A stretch of DNA of 64,000 bases from an uncultured delta proteobacterium (GCA_963755125.1 CAVWIP010000016.1:96001-160000), one strand, 5' to 3'. Shown: positions 1 to 9,619, numbered from the stretch's first letter. A program made the numbers and translations. The notes: generated from the sequence alone by a model not told the origin.

Positions 1-119
1 AACGGCTAGATGAGCATGAGCCCCGCGGCCATGCAAAAAACCGCCGGCTTCGATATACTCCGAACCCCGCAAGGCGATTGTCGTCCCGGTCCCTCACCCC
101 CAAGCCGGACTTTTCCACC

Positions 120-545
120 ATGAGCGAACTACCCGATTGCTTCTACTGTCGCAAGGATCAGCGTTTGCATGATCTCATGATCGAGATTGCGCCGCTCGGC
201 GTGTCGACTCTCTACCTGTTCAAGGAGCAGACCCACCCCGGCCGTTGCGTGGTCGCCTACCGCGGCCACGTCAACGAGTTCTTCGAACTGCCAGAGGCAG
301 AACTCACGCTCTACAGCAAGGACGTCGCGCGCGCGGCCAGGGCCATCAAGACTGCCTTTGCTCCCAGCAAGATCAATTACGGCGCCTACTCCGACAAATT
401 GCCGCACCTGCATTTCCATCTGGTGCCGAAATACCAGGGCGGCCCCGGCTTCGGCAACACCTTCGAGATGCTGCCCTCCCCAAAGAAGCTGCTTTCCGAC
501 GGGGAATACGCCAGCACCATCAAGGCGATCAAGGCTGCGCTCTGA
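120..545 (+). CDS. HIT family protein
   Basis: N-terminal DCFYC and histidine-triad motif LPHLHFHLVP. ATG at 120 preferred over TTG at 78. Confidence 0.85.
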   Translation: MSELPDCFYCRKDQRLHDLMIEIAPLGVSTLYLFKEQTHPGRCVVAYRGHVNEFFELPEAELTLYSKDVARAARAIKTAFAPSKINYGAYSDKLPHLHFHLVPKYQGGPGFGNTFEMLPSPKKLLSDGEYASTIKAIKAAL

Positions 546-569
546 TCGCGCCCCATTTCGCCGGCGAGG

Positions 570-603
570 CTATGCGCGACGCGCGTCGAGGAGGCGCGCA
601 TAG
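570..603. terminator. GC-rich inverted repeat between convergent genes (possible terminator)
   Basis: ctatgcgcg (570-578) pairs with cgcgcatag (595-603) around the internal palindrome cgacgcgcgtcg. No U-tract. Confidence 0.3.
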
Positions 604-658
604 ATGACCATCTGGTTCTCTGCGCTCCTTCCGGCGTTGGCTTCCCCGTCCACGTTCC

Positions 659-2593
659 CTACGGGTCATCCAGAACCATGAAAGCAAACAACGAGTACCC
701 GTTTGCATTGCCCCGTTGCGTGCCATTCATCCGCACATACCGTGCCGTGGTCTTGGTAAAGGTAACGTCAGTCACCGAATACGACGCCCCGACGGTCGTG
801 CTGTAGGCATCTGTCCATGTCGTGGAATCGGTTGACGTCTGAATGTCGAAGGACTTGCCATAATCCGTGTACCACTTGAGAATGACCCGGTCGATTTCCA
901 TGGCCGAGCCAAGGTCCACCATGATCCACTGTGGGTCGCTGGCATCACTCTCCCAGCGGTAATTTGTGTAGGTCTGATAGGTCGTGGCCGTCGTCACGGC
1001 CGAAGCCGGGTTTGCGGCGGTCGCCGAGGACGCGGTGGCCGTCTTGCCGAGAGCCAGGTCGCGCGAGGTTCGATCGAAGGCCCGCCACGTGCCGGTGATC
1101 ACGTTCAAATCCCAATCCTGATAATAATTCATAGTCGGCACGCCGGTGGCATCGAAATCCATCGGGAGCCACACATAATCGCCCTGGCTCCCTCCCGTTG
1201 GTTCCCAACGGTCGCCATCGTACATGTAGACCGTCCCTTGCGAGCCCGCGAACGGAAAAACGAAATCGCACTGGGTCGCCCACGAGGTGGTCGAGCCAGG
1301 CGTGTTCAACGTCGTGGCCGCCGACCACGGACCTGCCAAATTAGTTGCGGTATTGTATTCCGTGGCGGTTGGGCTGATTCCAGCGGTGCGGGAGGTCCCG
1401 TAATAGTAGGTACCATTGCGTTTGAAGATGTGAGGAGCTTCACGACTGGGGACATCCCACAGATAGACTCGCTCAGCCAGGGTCAAGTAGTCCGCCGACA
1501 TTCGGTATATGCCGTGCTCGCGATTGGGGCCAGTTTCCCACCAGACATAGGCCAGGTAGGCTTGTCCATCGTCATCCTGAAACATCGACATATCGCCGAT
1601 GAAGTACCCATCCACAAGAGTCTGACTCAGAAACGTGAATGGTCCGTTAGGAGTGGACGAGGTGGCAATGCCTAAATAGGCGGAGTTTCCAATGTACTTG
1701 AGGAAGATCACATATTGTTGTGTGGTGGCATTGTACAGAATGTCCATGCGGTTGGCATCGCCGGTTGTCGTGAGCACGATACCCTTGAAGGTCCAATGGA
1801 TGAGATCGGGAGACGAATAGCAGTTTTGGTTGTGGTCGTCCGGGGCTCCGCCACACCAATAGTAGAGGTCACCGAACTGGCGCAACGCTCCGCTTCGCAC
1901 GTTGATCAAGTTGCCGTCCGTGTCGTACCAGAAGAAGTCGTTGTGGATTGTCACCCAGCCCGTCGTTGCTACTCCGCCATCGGCGCCGCCGGAGGCGGTA
2001 CTGCCGCCAGGGGCGGTCGAGCCGCCAGCCATGCTGCCGCCGGTTCTCGCCGTGCCGCCCACAAGACTGCCGCCAGCAACGCTGCCACCAGCTACGCTCC
2101 CCCCAGCCACGCTCCCCCCAGCCACGCTCCCCCCAGCCACGCTGCCGCCGGTTCTACCCGTGCCACCAGTGCCGCCCCTCCCACTGGTGCTGCCGCCGGT
2201 TGCAGTCTGTCCGCCTACCACGGTCGTGCCGCCGGTCACAACGCCGCCACCCGTTCCCGTGCTTCCGCCGGCTTGGGTGTTCACGTCCGGCTGGGCGGCA
2301 TCCTGACCGCCAGCTGCGGTGGCGCTTGCGCCGGCAACGCCGCCTGTGCTCACTGATCTGCCGCCAGCACCTCCGACTGGCGGGCCACTCGTGCCCCCGC
2401 TGGTTGCCGTCTGCCCGCCTGCGCCGGTCGTGCCGCCCGTGCTTGCCGTGCTGCCCGTGGCGCCGGCCCCGCCGGCTTGAACGCTTGCGTCGCTGCGAAC
2501 GCCTCCCGAGCCACTCCCGCTGCAACCTGCGGCCAGCGGTACCGCGATCAGCAGTGCCAGGACAAGAGCATGCGCTTTGCGAATCGTGTTCAT
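659..2593 (-). CDS. Lipoprotein: Gly/Thr/Ser linker + GH43-type glycoside hydrolase + C-terminal F5/8 type C (CBM32/discoidin) domain
   Basis: Lipobox LAAGC. GH43-like motifs WYDTDGNLI, CYSSPDLIHW, GDMSMFQDDDGQAY and REAPHIFKRNGTYY. Discoidin motifs LALGKTATASS, DPQWIMVDLG and ARYVRM. Confidence 0.85.
   Translation of the reverse strand: MNTIRKAHALVLALLIAVPLAAGCSGSGSGGVRSDASVQAGGAGATGSTASTGGTTGAGGQTATSGGTSGPPVGGAGGRSVSTGGVAGASATAAGGQDAAQPDVNTQAGGSTGTGGGVVTGGTTVVGGQTATGGSTSGRGGTGGTGRTGGSVAGGSVAGGSVAGGSVAGGSVAGGSLVGGTARTGGSMAGGSTAPGGSTASGGADGGVATTGWVTIHNDFFWYDTDGNLINVRSGALRQFGDLYYWCGGAPDDHNQNCYSSPDLIHWTFKGIVLTTTGDANRMDILYNATTQQYVIFLKYIGNSAYLGIATSSTPNGPFTFLSQTLVDGYFIGDMSMFQDDDGQAYLAYVWWETGPNREHGIYRMSADYLTLAERVYLWDVPSREAPHIFKRNGTYYYGTSRTAGISPTATEYNTATNLAGPWSAATTLNTPGSTTSWATQCDFVFPFAGSQGTVYMYDGDRWEPTGGSQGDYVWLPMDFDATGVPTMNYYQDWDLNVITGTWRAFDRTSRDLALGKTATASSATAANPASAVTTATTYQTYTNYRWESDASDPQWIMVDLGSAMEIDRVILKWYTDYGKSFDIQTSTDSTTWTDAYSTTVGASYSVTDVTFTKTTARYVRMNGTQRGNANGYSLFAFMVLDDP
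2077..2150 (-). repeat. 15-bp tandem repeat encoding (GGSVA)x5 in the GH43 linker
   Basis: ccagccacgctcccc-like unit in tandem; translation GGSVAGGSVAGGSVAGGSVAGGSVA. Confidence 0.85.
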
Positions 2594-2734
2594 GGCTTCC
2601 CCCGAAATGGTAGACGGCCCAGCTAGTGGAGAAGTGCCGTATTCCTGGTCGGGCGGCTCAGGCAATTTGCATCGCCGGCCCTGACAGCCGAGGACGCGAA
2701 ACGGATCGCGACACGGCCCGGCTACTGCCACCGG

Positions 2735-3256
2735 TCAGTCGTCGCGCTTGCCATTCCGGCCTCTCCGCCTGCGGCGGACAAGGACAAGCACCAGGATCGC
2801 GGCCGCCAAGAGGACGAGCACTCCGGCGACGGGAGTTCCGCGCAAAATTGGCGTGACTTCGAGCGTGGCGCGGACGAGACCGCCGACCAAGCGCACGAGA
2901 AAGGCGCCGAAGCGAATCAGCAGCGGCACCATGAGGAACAGCGCGACGATCTGCAGCCAGCGGATCTGCTTGCGAGAAAGGGCGGCCGAGGCCGTCGCAA
3001 AGGGCTGGCCGGTGCCGCTCACAAAGGCTTGACCGCTATCGTAGGCGGCCCGGCGCGCGGGATCTGAGAGGATCTCGTAGGCCCGGTTGATCTCGGCCAT
3101 CTTTTCGCTGGCCAGTTCCTCCAGTGGATTGCCCTGGTGCCGGTCAGGATGGTACTTCGCCACCAGCGCGTGGTAGGCCGCGCGAATCTCGACCTCGCTG
3201 GCCGTGCGCGCGAGCCCCAAAACGGAATAGGGATCGGTCTCCGTCTTGGGCGTCAT
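2735..3256 (-). CDS. DnaJ (J-domain) protein with C-terminal transmembrane segments
   Basis: DPYSVLGL...KYHPDR...INRAYEILSDP J-domain with HPD motif; hydrophobic C-terminal half. Confidence 0.9.
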   Translation of the reverse strand: MTPKTETDPYSVLGLARTASEVEIRAAYHALVAKYHPDRHQGNPLEELASEKMAEINRAYEILSDPARRAAYDSGQAFVSGTGQPFATASAALSRKQIRWLQIVALFLMVPLLIRFGAFLVRLVGGLVRATLEVTPILRGTPVAGVLVLLAAAILVLVLVRRRRRGRNGKRDD

Positions 3257-4230
3257 CGGTTGGGAATCACGCTCTTCCCGGCAGTTCCGGCGGCGCTTTG
3301 CGACTGCAGGTAGCGGAAGACATCGGTGCTGGTGGACAGGACCAGCCAGCTCTCCTTGTCGATGGTGCTGTGGTAGGTTTCCATCGTCTTGAGGAAACGG
3401 TAGAGTTCGCGATTGCGGTTGTAGGCCTCGGCATAGATCGAGGTTGCTTCGGCATCGCCGCGCCCCATGATTTCCTGGGTCTTGCGATAGGCCTCGGATT
3501 CGATCACTTTCAGCTCGCGCTCCTTCTTGCCCCGCACCTCGGCGCTCTTGCCCTGTCCCTCGGAACGGTGGCGGTCGGCGATGCGCTTGCGCTCGGAGAT
3601 CATGCGGTCGAAGACCTTGGCCTGCACGCTCTCGATGTAGTTGACCCGCTGGATCTGCACGTCGACCAGCTCGATGCCGTAGTCGGGAACCACGTGCGAA
3701 ACCCGTTCCAGAATCAGCCGCGTGATCTTGTCCCGCCCCAGCTCGATCTGGCGCATCGACTCGGCTTCCATGATGTCTTCCGCCTCCTCGCCCTTCTCGA
3801 AGGCGCGGTTGGTGGTGCGCACTACCTCAATGAGATCGTGACTGGCGATCACGTTGCGGGTTTCTCCGTCGATGATGTCATCCAGGCGCGACTGGGCCCG
3901 GCGTTCGTCGCGCAAGCGCTGGAAAAACAGCAACGGGTTGGCGATGCGCCAGCGCGCGTAGGTTTCCACGCCGATGTACTTCTTGTCGCGGGTGGGAACC
4001 TGGTTGGCGTTGCCGTTCCATTCCAGCCAGCGCTTGTCGAACACGTTGGCTTCCTGGGCGAACGGTATCTTCACGTGCAAGCCGGCCTGGGTGACGGCCT
4101 GCCCCATCGGCTCGCCGAACTGGGTGATGATGACCTGTTCGGTCTCGGAGACCGTGTACAGCGCGGACGACAGCGTCACCAGCCCCAGCAGCGCGAAGGC
4201 AGCGACGATGAGCAGTGAACGGCGGCTCAT
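3253..4230 (-). CDS. hflC: FtsH protease modulator HflC
   Basis: SPFH domain: YTVSETEQVIITQFGEP, GLHVKIPF, RMISERKRIA, AEAYNRNRELYRFLKTMETY. ATG overlaps the hflK stop. Confidence 0.92.
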   Translation of the reverse strand: MSRRSLLIVAAFALLGLVTLSSALYTVSETEQVIITQFGEPMGQAVTQAGLHVKIPFAQEANVFDKRWLEWNGNANQVPTRDKKYIGVETYARWRIANPLLFFQRLRDERRAQSRLDDIIDGETRNVIASHDLIEVVRTTNRAFEKGEEAEDIMEAESMRQIELGRDKITRLILERVSHVVPDYGIELVDVQIQRVNYIESVQAKVFDRMISERKRIADRHRSEGQGKSAEVRGKKERELKVIESEAYRKTQEIMGRGDAEATSIYAEAYNRNRELYRFLKTMETYHSTIDKESWLVLSTSTDVFRYLQSQSAAGTAGKSVIPNR

Positions 4231-5243
4231 GGCTTGCCCTCCTGGACCGGGCCGAGAGGAAACATGGGCAAGATGCCTTTGGCCTTTTCGTCGAAGATCA
4301 GTTTCTTGCCGGCCGTGGGCAGGACCGCCGCCAGGGTTTCGAGATAGATCCGGGTGCGCGTCACTTCCGGGGCCTTGCGATATTCCTCCTCCAGCGCATT
4401 GAATCGCTGGGCATCGCCCTTGGCCCGGTTCACCCGGTCGATGGCGTAGCCCTCGGCTGCCTGGATCTTCTGTTCGGCCAGCCCGCGCGCCCGCGGGATC
4501 TCCTGGTTGTATTCGGCCCACGCCTCGTTGATGGCGCGCTCACGCTCCTGGATGGCCTGGTTGACCGCATTGAACGACGGCCGCACCGCCTCGGGCGGAT
4601 CCACGTCCTGCAAAATGAGTTGCTGGACCGAGATGCCGTTGTCGTACAGCTTGCACAGGTTTGACAGCAACTCTTTGGCCTTGGCGGCGATCGATTCGCG
4701 CCCCACGGTGAGAAGCTCGGTGACGCTGTGATCGCCCACCACCGTGCGCATCGACGCCTCGGTCATCAGGCGGAAGGTTTCCTCCACGTCGCGCATGCGG
4801 AACAAGTATTTGTACGGGTCCGAGATCTTGTACTGGACGATCCACTCGACCGTGGCCACGTTGAGGTCCCCGGTCAGCATGACCGACTCGGCGTCCGTCT
4901 TCTCGTCCTTGTGGAACGAGCTCTGAATGTCGGCGCGGGCGGTGCGAAAGCCGAACTCCTGCTTGAGCTGGCGCTGCACCGGGACCTTCTGCACCTGTTC
5001 GATGCCGAAGGGGATCTTGGCGTGCGGTCCGGGATTGCAGGTGCGCACGAAACGCCCGAAGCGCGTGACCAGTCCGACCTCGTCCGGTTCGACCTGATAG
5101 TACGCGCCGTACAGAGCCACCAGTCCGACGATGGCCAGCGCGACGAAGGTCAAGGCCTTGCGCGATTTGCGCAGCCGAAATCCTGCCTCGCGTGCGAGAC
5201 GCGAGAACTCATCCGGATCAAAACCAACACCCTGGGTTGCCAT
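4227..5243 (-). CDS. hflK: FtsH protease modulator HflK
   Basis: YQVEPDEVGLVTRFG, MLTGDLN, VQYKISDP, IPRARG, EYRKAPEVTRTRIYLET. Confidence 0.93.
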   Translation of the reverse strand: MATQGVGFDPDEFSRLAREAGFRLRKSRKALTFVALAIVGLVALYGAYYQVEPDEVGLVTRFGRFVRTCNPGPHAKIPFGIEQVQKVPVQRQLKQEFGFRTARADIQSSFHKDEKTDAESVMLTGDLNVATVEWIVQYKISDPYKYLFRMRDVEETFRLMTEASMRTVVGDHSVTELLTVGRESIAAKAKELLSNLCKLYDNGISVQQLILQDVDPPEAVRPSFNAVNQAIQERERAINEAWAEYNQEIPRARGLAEQKIQAAEGYAIDRVNRAKGDAQRFNALEEEYRKAPEVTRTRIYLETLAAVLPTAGKKLIFDEKAKGILPMFPLGPVQEGKP

Positions 5244-5368
5244 GCTCCCTTCTCTCAGAGTCTTGGGGAAAACTCAACTGCAGTTCCATCCGCCTCTATC
5301 ATCTAATGCGTTCCTTCCCGAAACGTCGGTCTGGTCGACAAATGAGCTGCCAGCTACACTTGGCCGCG

Positions 5369-5779
5369 ATGTTCAAACGTATCGCGCACATCTGTCTGAA
5401 CGTGAGAAATCTGCAGCAGTCGCTGGACTTCTACACGCGACTGGGACTTGTTCCTGTGTTCCGCTTCACGCGCAAAGGCGCGCGCTTCGGCGTCTACCTC
5501 AAGCTCGCCGACTCAGCCTTCATCGAGATATTCGAGGATCCCACGCTGGAAAAGCCAGTGAACACCGGTATCGTCCACTTCTGCCTGGAGACTGAGGATC
5601 TGGACCGCCTGACGGCTGACCTGCAAACGCGCGGCATCGCATGTTCCGAGAAAAAACTCGGGTGCGACCATACCTGGCAGATCTGGCTGAAGGATCCCGA
5701 CGGCAACGCCTTCGAGGTCCATCAGTACACGCCCAAGAGCATGCAGTTCACCGGCGGCACGGTCGAAGCGGACTGGTAG
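5369..5779 (+). CDS. VOC/glyoxalase family protein
   Basis: IAHICLNV..SLDFY, HFCLETED and WLKDPDGNAFE metal-binding pattern. Confidence 0.88.
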   Translation: MFKRIAHICLNVRNLQQSLDFYTRLGLVPVFRFTRKGARFGVYLKLADSAFIEIFEDPTLEKPVNTGIVHFCLETEDLDRLTADLQTRGIACSEKKLGCDHTWQIWLKDPDGNAFEVHQYTPKSMQFTGGTVEADW

Positions 5780-5814
5780 CCGGCAGGTGCGCCATGGGCG
5801 TTCGTCAGGGCACC

Positions 5815-6200
5815 TCGACGAGGAGCTCCCCAGCTTCTCCTCGCATCGCTCGGGTACGCCGGTTGCCATCACGCGCTTGTCGTTCTCGATGACAGCAGTA
5901 GCGACTCCCGGATCATCGTAGAAGTCACGGTCGTCGTGGCCCAGGATCCGCTCTGCCGGCTTCCCCACCACCCTGCGTGCCGCGGGGTTGAGCAGCACCA
6001 CCCGGCTGTCGGCGTCCTTGCGTAGACCGCGTCCGGGGTCGTGTCGATCACGGTGTGCAGCAGCGCCTCGCGCTGCAACGCCTGCTCTAGCTCCTTCCGG
6101 CCGGTGATGTTGTCGAAGACCGCGACGAGGTGCTCCTGCTTCGGCCTGCATACGAAGATTGCCAGCCACTGACCGATCGGCTTGAACTCGATCGAGCACT
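5815..6200 (-). pseudogene. Remnant of a PAS-domain sensor protein, frameshifted and truncated
   Basis: PAC/PAS signature VAVFDNITGRKELEQALQ..LLHTVIDTTPDAVY continues in another frame as KDADSRVVLLNPAARRVVG..ILGHDDRDFY. One base is missing at ~6020 and there is no kinase domain. Confidence 0.7.
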
Positions 6201-6281
6201 CGGGGTCGGTCAAGGCTTTCACTATTGCCACCGCTAGTTCGAAGATGGACTAAAATGAGCGCAGGCTTCGTGGACTCCAAG

Positions 6282-6487
6282 ATGAACCTAGTGGAACTGA
6301 AGAGGACAGGCTGGACACGAGTAGACGGCGTGTCGTCGCCAGCCGAGTTGCTTGAATTGGGCAGGGTGCTTGGCACTCCGATTCCCAGTCCGAATGGTGA
6401 AATGGTGAGGAATACTACGGGTTGGCAGATCCGGACAGCATCATCGCGGAATTCCTTGAGAACCAGCGTGAGTACGACAACGAGTAA
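6282..6487 (+). pseudogene. Chimeric gene remnant: putative TauD/TfdA-like dioxygenase N-terminus joined to the 3' end of another ORF
   Basis: MNLVELKRTGWTRVDGVSSPAELLELGRVLGTPIPSPNGEMV resembles the start of TauD-like proteins. From ~6405 a different frame reads GEEYYGLADPDSIIAEFLENQREYDNE*. Visibly more AT-rich than neighbours. Confidence 0.4.
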
Positions 6488-6667
6488 GGTAGACCAACGT
6501 CGCGGTCAATAGCCCGGCTCCGCGGTTCACGCGCGGGTGCGGTGCCAGCGTCCTCCCGGAGTTCTCTTTGAACGTCGCGGGCAGCGCCCGTGAGCGCCGT
6601 TGATCGAAGTGACGATTGGCGGAGGCGACTGCTCGCGGGGGCCGGTCAGCAGCGATCGTCGGCTGGA

Positions 6668-7456
6668 CTACTTGTGGGCCGTCTTTCGGATCTCGTCGAG
6701 CAGCTTCGGGATCTCGGGTTCGGTGAACAAACGTGCCTCGAAGTCGGCGAAGAGGTCCTTCAGGGCGGGCACGAGGTCGGCGTTCTCAAAGGCGCCCACG
6801 ACGATCAGCCTGCGCTTCACGCCGCCCTCAGGGTACTTCGCCAGAAGGTGTCCGTCAGCACCGAGTTCCTTGGCCTCCCTGATCGCCTCCTCGGCCCCGA
6901 GCGCGAACCCTTGTGGCTTGATGAGATTCCGCACGCCGTTCTTGAATACGTAGGGGAAGTGCAGTTCCGTGGGCAAGCCAGGCACCTTCTCTGTGACATC
7001 ACGATCAAAGGGAATGCCCGCCGTCTCCAGTGACTGGAAAGACTTCGTCAGGTTCGGCGCAGCAGGACGCCGCATTCGATGCTCGGGCGGCATCTCGCCC
7101 ACGAGTTCCTTGAACAGATTGGCCAGATCGTCGTCCAAATCCGTGATGACCACCGGACGCGGTTCGAGAAGCACGAGGCTGCCCGCCTCCTGCGCGATGA
7201 ACGACCGTAGGGCCGCGTCGTCGGGCTCGATTCTTTCCACGCGGTTTGCCAGCGCGCGCTTAGCGCTCGTGAGGCGCACGTCATCGAACGAGCCTCTCCC
7301 GAAGCGCTTCTTGGCCGCCTCATTGTTCAAGCTGAATCTGGCCTTGACGACATGCTTCGATGGGCACGTCACGACCACGCCAACATTCACACCCTCGGCT
7401 CGGGCCTCGTCAGGCCTGAACTGGATGATGCTGTAGAGCGATTGTCTTGCCGTCAT
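6668..7456 (-). CDS. DUF3037 domain-containing protein with C-terminal extension
   Basis: N-terminal YSIIQFRPDEARAEGVNVGVVV and later DLANLFKELV are typical of DUF3037. Starts 3 bp after the kinase stop. Confidence 0.85.
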   Translation of the reverse strand: MTARQSLYSIIQFRPDEARAEGVNVGVVVTCPSKHVVKARFSLNNEAAKKRFGRGSFDDVRLTSAKRALANRVERIEPDDAALRSFIAQEAGSLVLLEPRPVVITDLDDDLANLFKELVGEMPPEHRMRRPAAPNLTKSFQSLETAGIPFDRDVTEKVPGLPTELHFPYVFKNGVRNLIKPQGFALGAEEAIREAKELGADGHLLAKYPEGGVKRRLIVVGAFENADLVPALKDLFADFEARLFTEPEIPKLLDEIRKTAHK

Positions 7457-7459
7457 CTT

Positions 7460-8326
7460 TCACCTCAAGTTTGTCCCTGGAAGGACTGGGTGCCAGCCAC
7501 ATGTATCTTCTAGTATCTTCTCGACCGCTCCGGCTAGAAACTTGGCCCGCTCTACGCAGAACTCTCTGAGCCGATCCCGCGTTTCGGCGCGTAGTCCCCA
7601 GGCCGGAGGGAGTCCCGTGGTGTACGCGTCAAAGTCCTGCTCCCGGAAGCTGGCGAGCTTGTCTACGAAACGCCGCACACCTTCTCGCGTCACGCGCCCT
7701 CGGAATTCAGGGAAGAGACCGTACAGTCGTTCATCCCTGATGGCGTCAAGGTCGAGCAAATTCCTGGTGGACAGCGCCCTTCCCATGCGAAAGCACTCGC
7801 TGTGATCGATGGCCAGAAGGCGGTAGCGCCCCTTCTTGGCCCCCTCCTCGCAGAAGAAGACGTTTCGGAAGTTGCAGCGTGGTGGACCGCTGCTCTCTGC
7901 GTACCGGTCGTAGTTACGCGTCCATGTGTCGAAAACGACGAGGCCGCAGATGTCTTCCGGGTTCTCGACCCAGGTGAGGTCATCTTCCCCGCCGCCCCAC
8001 GAACGCCCGCGAACCTCACAGGCGATGAACGCCGGCCCAGCTTGTGTCTCACAGCCCTTGGGGAGCTTGAAACTGAGTTCGTCCGGGTAGTCAACCACTG
8101 CGACATCGAAGGTCGGAAGGCCCAGCCATCGCGCCAGTCCAGTCCCGATCCACTCCGAAACCAAGGCGTCCGGCCCCTCGGGATTCCCAAGGGTCTTGGC
8201 GTAGGCCCGTCCGGCGTCTGTCATCACGTAGAGTGGCCCGGTACTTGTATCGAGCCCACGGATCACGCGCATCACCCGAGTCGGGTGCCACGGCGAGGGT
8301 ACAGGGTTCTTGGTCGCCATAACCAT
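7460..8326 (-). CDS. HipA-like Ser/Thr kinase (HipA_2-type)
   Basis: AYAK, ALVSEWIGTGLARWLGLP, catalytic loop VFDTWTRNYDR..N..N, and LLAIDH metal-binding motif. Confidence 0.87.
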   Translation of the reverse strand: MVMATKNPVPSPWHPTRVMRVIRGLDTSTGPLYVMTDAGRAYAKTLGNPEGPDALVSEWIGTGLARWLGLPTFDVAVVDYPDELSFKLPKGCETQAGPAFIACEVRGRSWGGGEDDLTWVENPEDICGLVVFDTWTRNYDRYAESSGPPRCNFRNVFFCEEGAKKGRYRLLAIDHSECFRMGRALSTRNLLDLDAIRDERLYGLFPEFRGRVTREGVRRFVDKLASFREQDFDAYTTGLPPAWGLRAETRDRLREFCVERAKFLAGAVEKILEDTCGWHPVLPGTNLR

Positions 8327-8455
8327 GGTCTAGATGGCGGGAGGTCCAGCCAATCTTACGGTCACTTGGTTCGCCGCAAAAATTCTCTTCCTGAATTGCG
8401 GGCCGCGTCCGCCGTGTCGCAATGACTGCCGAGGTAAGCATCGACCGCTCTCTCG

Positions 8456-8483
8456 TTGACGTCCCGGCCTTGACGGATAACCT
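8456..8483 (+). promoter_or_regulatory. Putative sigma70 promoter for the TMEM175 gene
   Basis: TTGACG-16 bp-TAACCT, ending 13 bp before the ATG at 8497. Confidence 0.3.
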
Positions 8484-8496
8484 ATGCCTTTAGTCG

Positions 8497-9081
8497 ATGG
8501 AAAAGAACCGGCTCGAAGCTTTCAGCGATGGCGTGCTGGCCATCATCATCACTATCATGGTGCTGGAACTGAAGGTGCCGCGTGGGGGCGACCTGGCGGC
8601 GCTCAGGCCACTCTTGCCGGTGTTTTCGGGTTACGTCCTGAGTTTCCTCTACGTTGGCATCTACTGGAACAATCACCACCACATGCTCCATTCCACGCGG
8701 CACGTGACCGGCGGAATTCTGTGGGCGAATCTGCACTTGCTGTTTTGGCTGTCGCTCTTTCCCGTCACCACGGCGTGGATGGGCGGAAACCACCGCGCGC
8801 ACGCGCCCGCCGCGATTTACGGCGTCGTGCTGTTGATGGCGTCCATCGCCTATTACATCCTTCAACGCAGCATTGTCGCACAACAAGGGCCGAACTCGTT
8901 GCTTGCAGCGGCCATTGGCCGCGACTGGAAAGGGAAACTCTCTCCCCTGTGCTACCTCAGCGCCATCCCGTTGGCGTTCGTGAGTCCGTGGTTGGCCAAC
9001 GGCCTATACGTCTTCGTCGCGCTGATATGGCTGGTTCCTGACCGTCGCATCGAGCGCGTGCTCGCGCAGCGGACGGAGTGA
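8497..9081 (+). CDS. TMEM175/DUF1211 family potassium channel
   Basis: RLEAFSDGVLAIIITIMVLEL, YWNNHHHM and WLVPDRRIER. Confidence 0.92.
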   Translation: MEKNRLEAFSDGVLAIIITIMVLELKVPRGGDLAALRPLLPVFSGYVLSFLYVGIYWNNHHHMLHSTRHVTGGILWANLHLLFWLSLFPVTTAWMGGNHRAHAPAAIYGVVLLMASIAYYILQRSIVAQQGPNSLLAAAIGRDWKGKLSPLCYLSAIPLAFVSPWLANGLYVFVALIWLVPDRRIERVLAQRTE

Positions 9082-9107
9082 AGGCAGCCCAACGCGCAGT
9101 TGCCGCG

Positions 9108-9619
9108 TCAGGCACCCTCAGCCGACCACGATCTCCTCCGGCGAGAGCGCGGATAGGCTTTTCTCCGGCGCACCGCGGGCTTGCCGGCGTAGGCGTCTTT
9201 CAGTGCCTTCACATTCAGCTTCACCATCCCCATCATGGCCCGCATGGCCCGCTCGGCGCCTTTGCGGTCTTTGCCGCCGAGGCACTCACCCAGGGCCTCG
9301 GGTACGACCTGCCAGGACAGGCCGTACTTGTCCTGCAGCCAGCCGCACTGGCTGGGTTGGCCGCCTTTGAGCAACCTGTCCAGTAGTAGTCGACCTCTTT
9401 CTGGTTCTTGCAATTGATGAAGAAAGAGATGGCGGGATTGAACTTGAAGTGGGGCCCGCCGTTGAGCGCATAGAACATCTGGCCGTCCAGTTCGAAGGTG
9501 ACGGTCATGGGCGAGATGCTGTGGATCTTCGACTTCTTGAAAATAGAGCAATAAAACCTTGCCGCGTCTTCGGCCTGGTCGTCATACCAAAGAAAAGGCG
9601 TAATCCGGTTCATCTTCAT
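9108..9619 (-). pseudogene. VOC family protein (PhnB / 3-demethylubiquinone-9 3-methyltransferase-like), frameshifted
   Basis: ITPFLWYDDQAEDAARFY..ALNGGPHFKFNPAISF..EVDYYW continues in another frame as DRLLKGGQPSQCGWLQDKYGLSWQVVP. One G is missing at ~9380 (TGG GAC read as TGG AC). Could be a sequencing error. Confidence 0.85.

Noticed and set aside
6170..8460. Prophage or integrative element boundaries around the kinase cassette
   Set aside because: No integrase, tRNA or flanking direct/inverted repeats found by eye.
9370..9390. Programmed ribosomal frameshift in the PhnB-like gene
   Set aside because: No slippery heptamer or stimulatory structure; a simple 1-nt deletion or sequencing error explains it.
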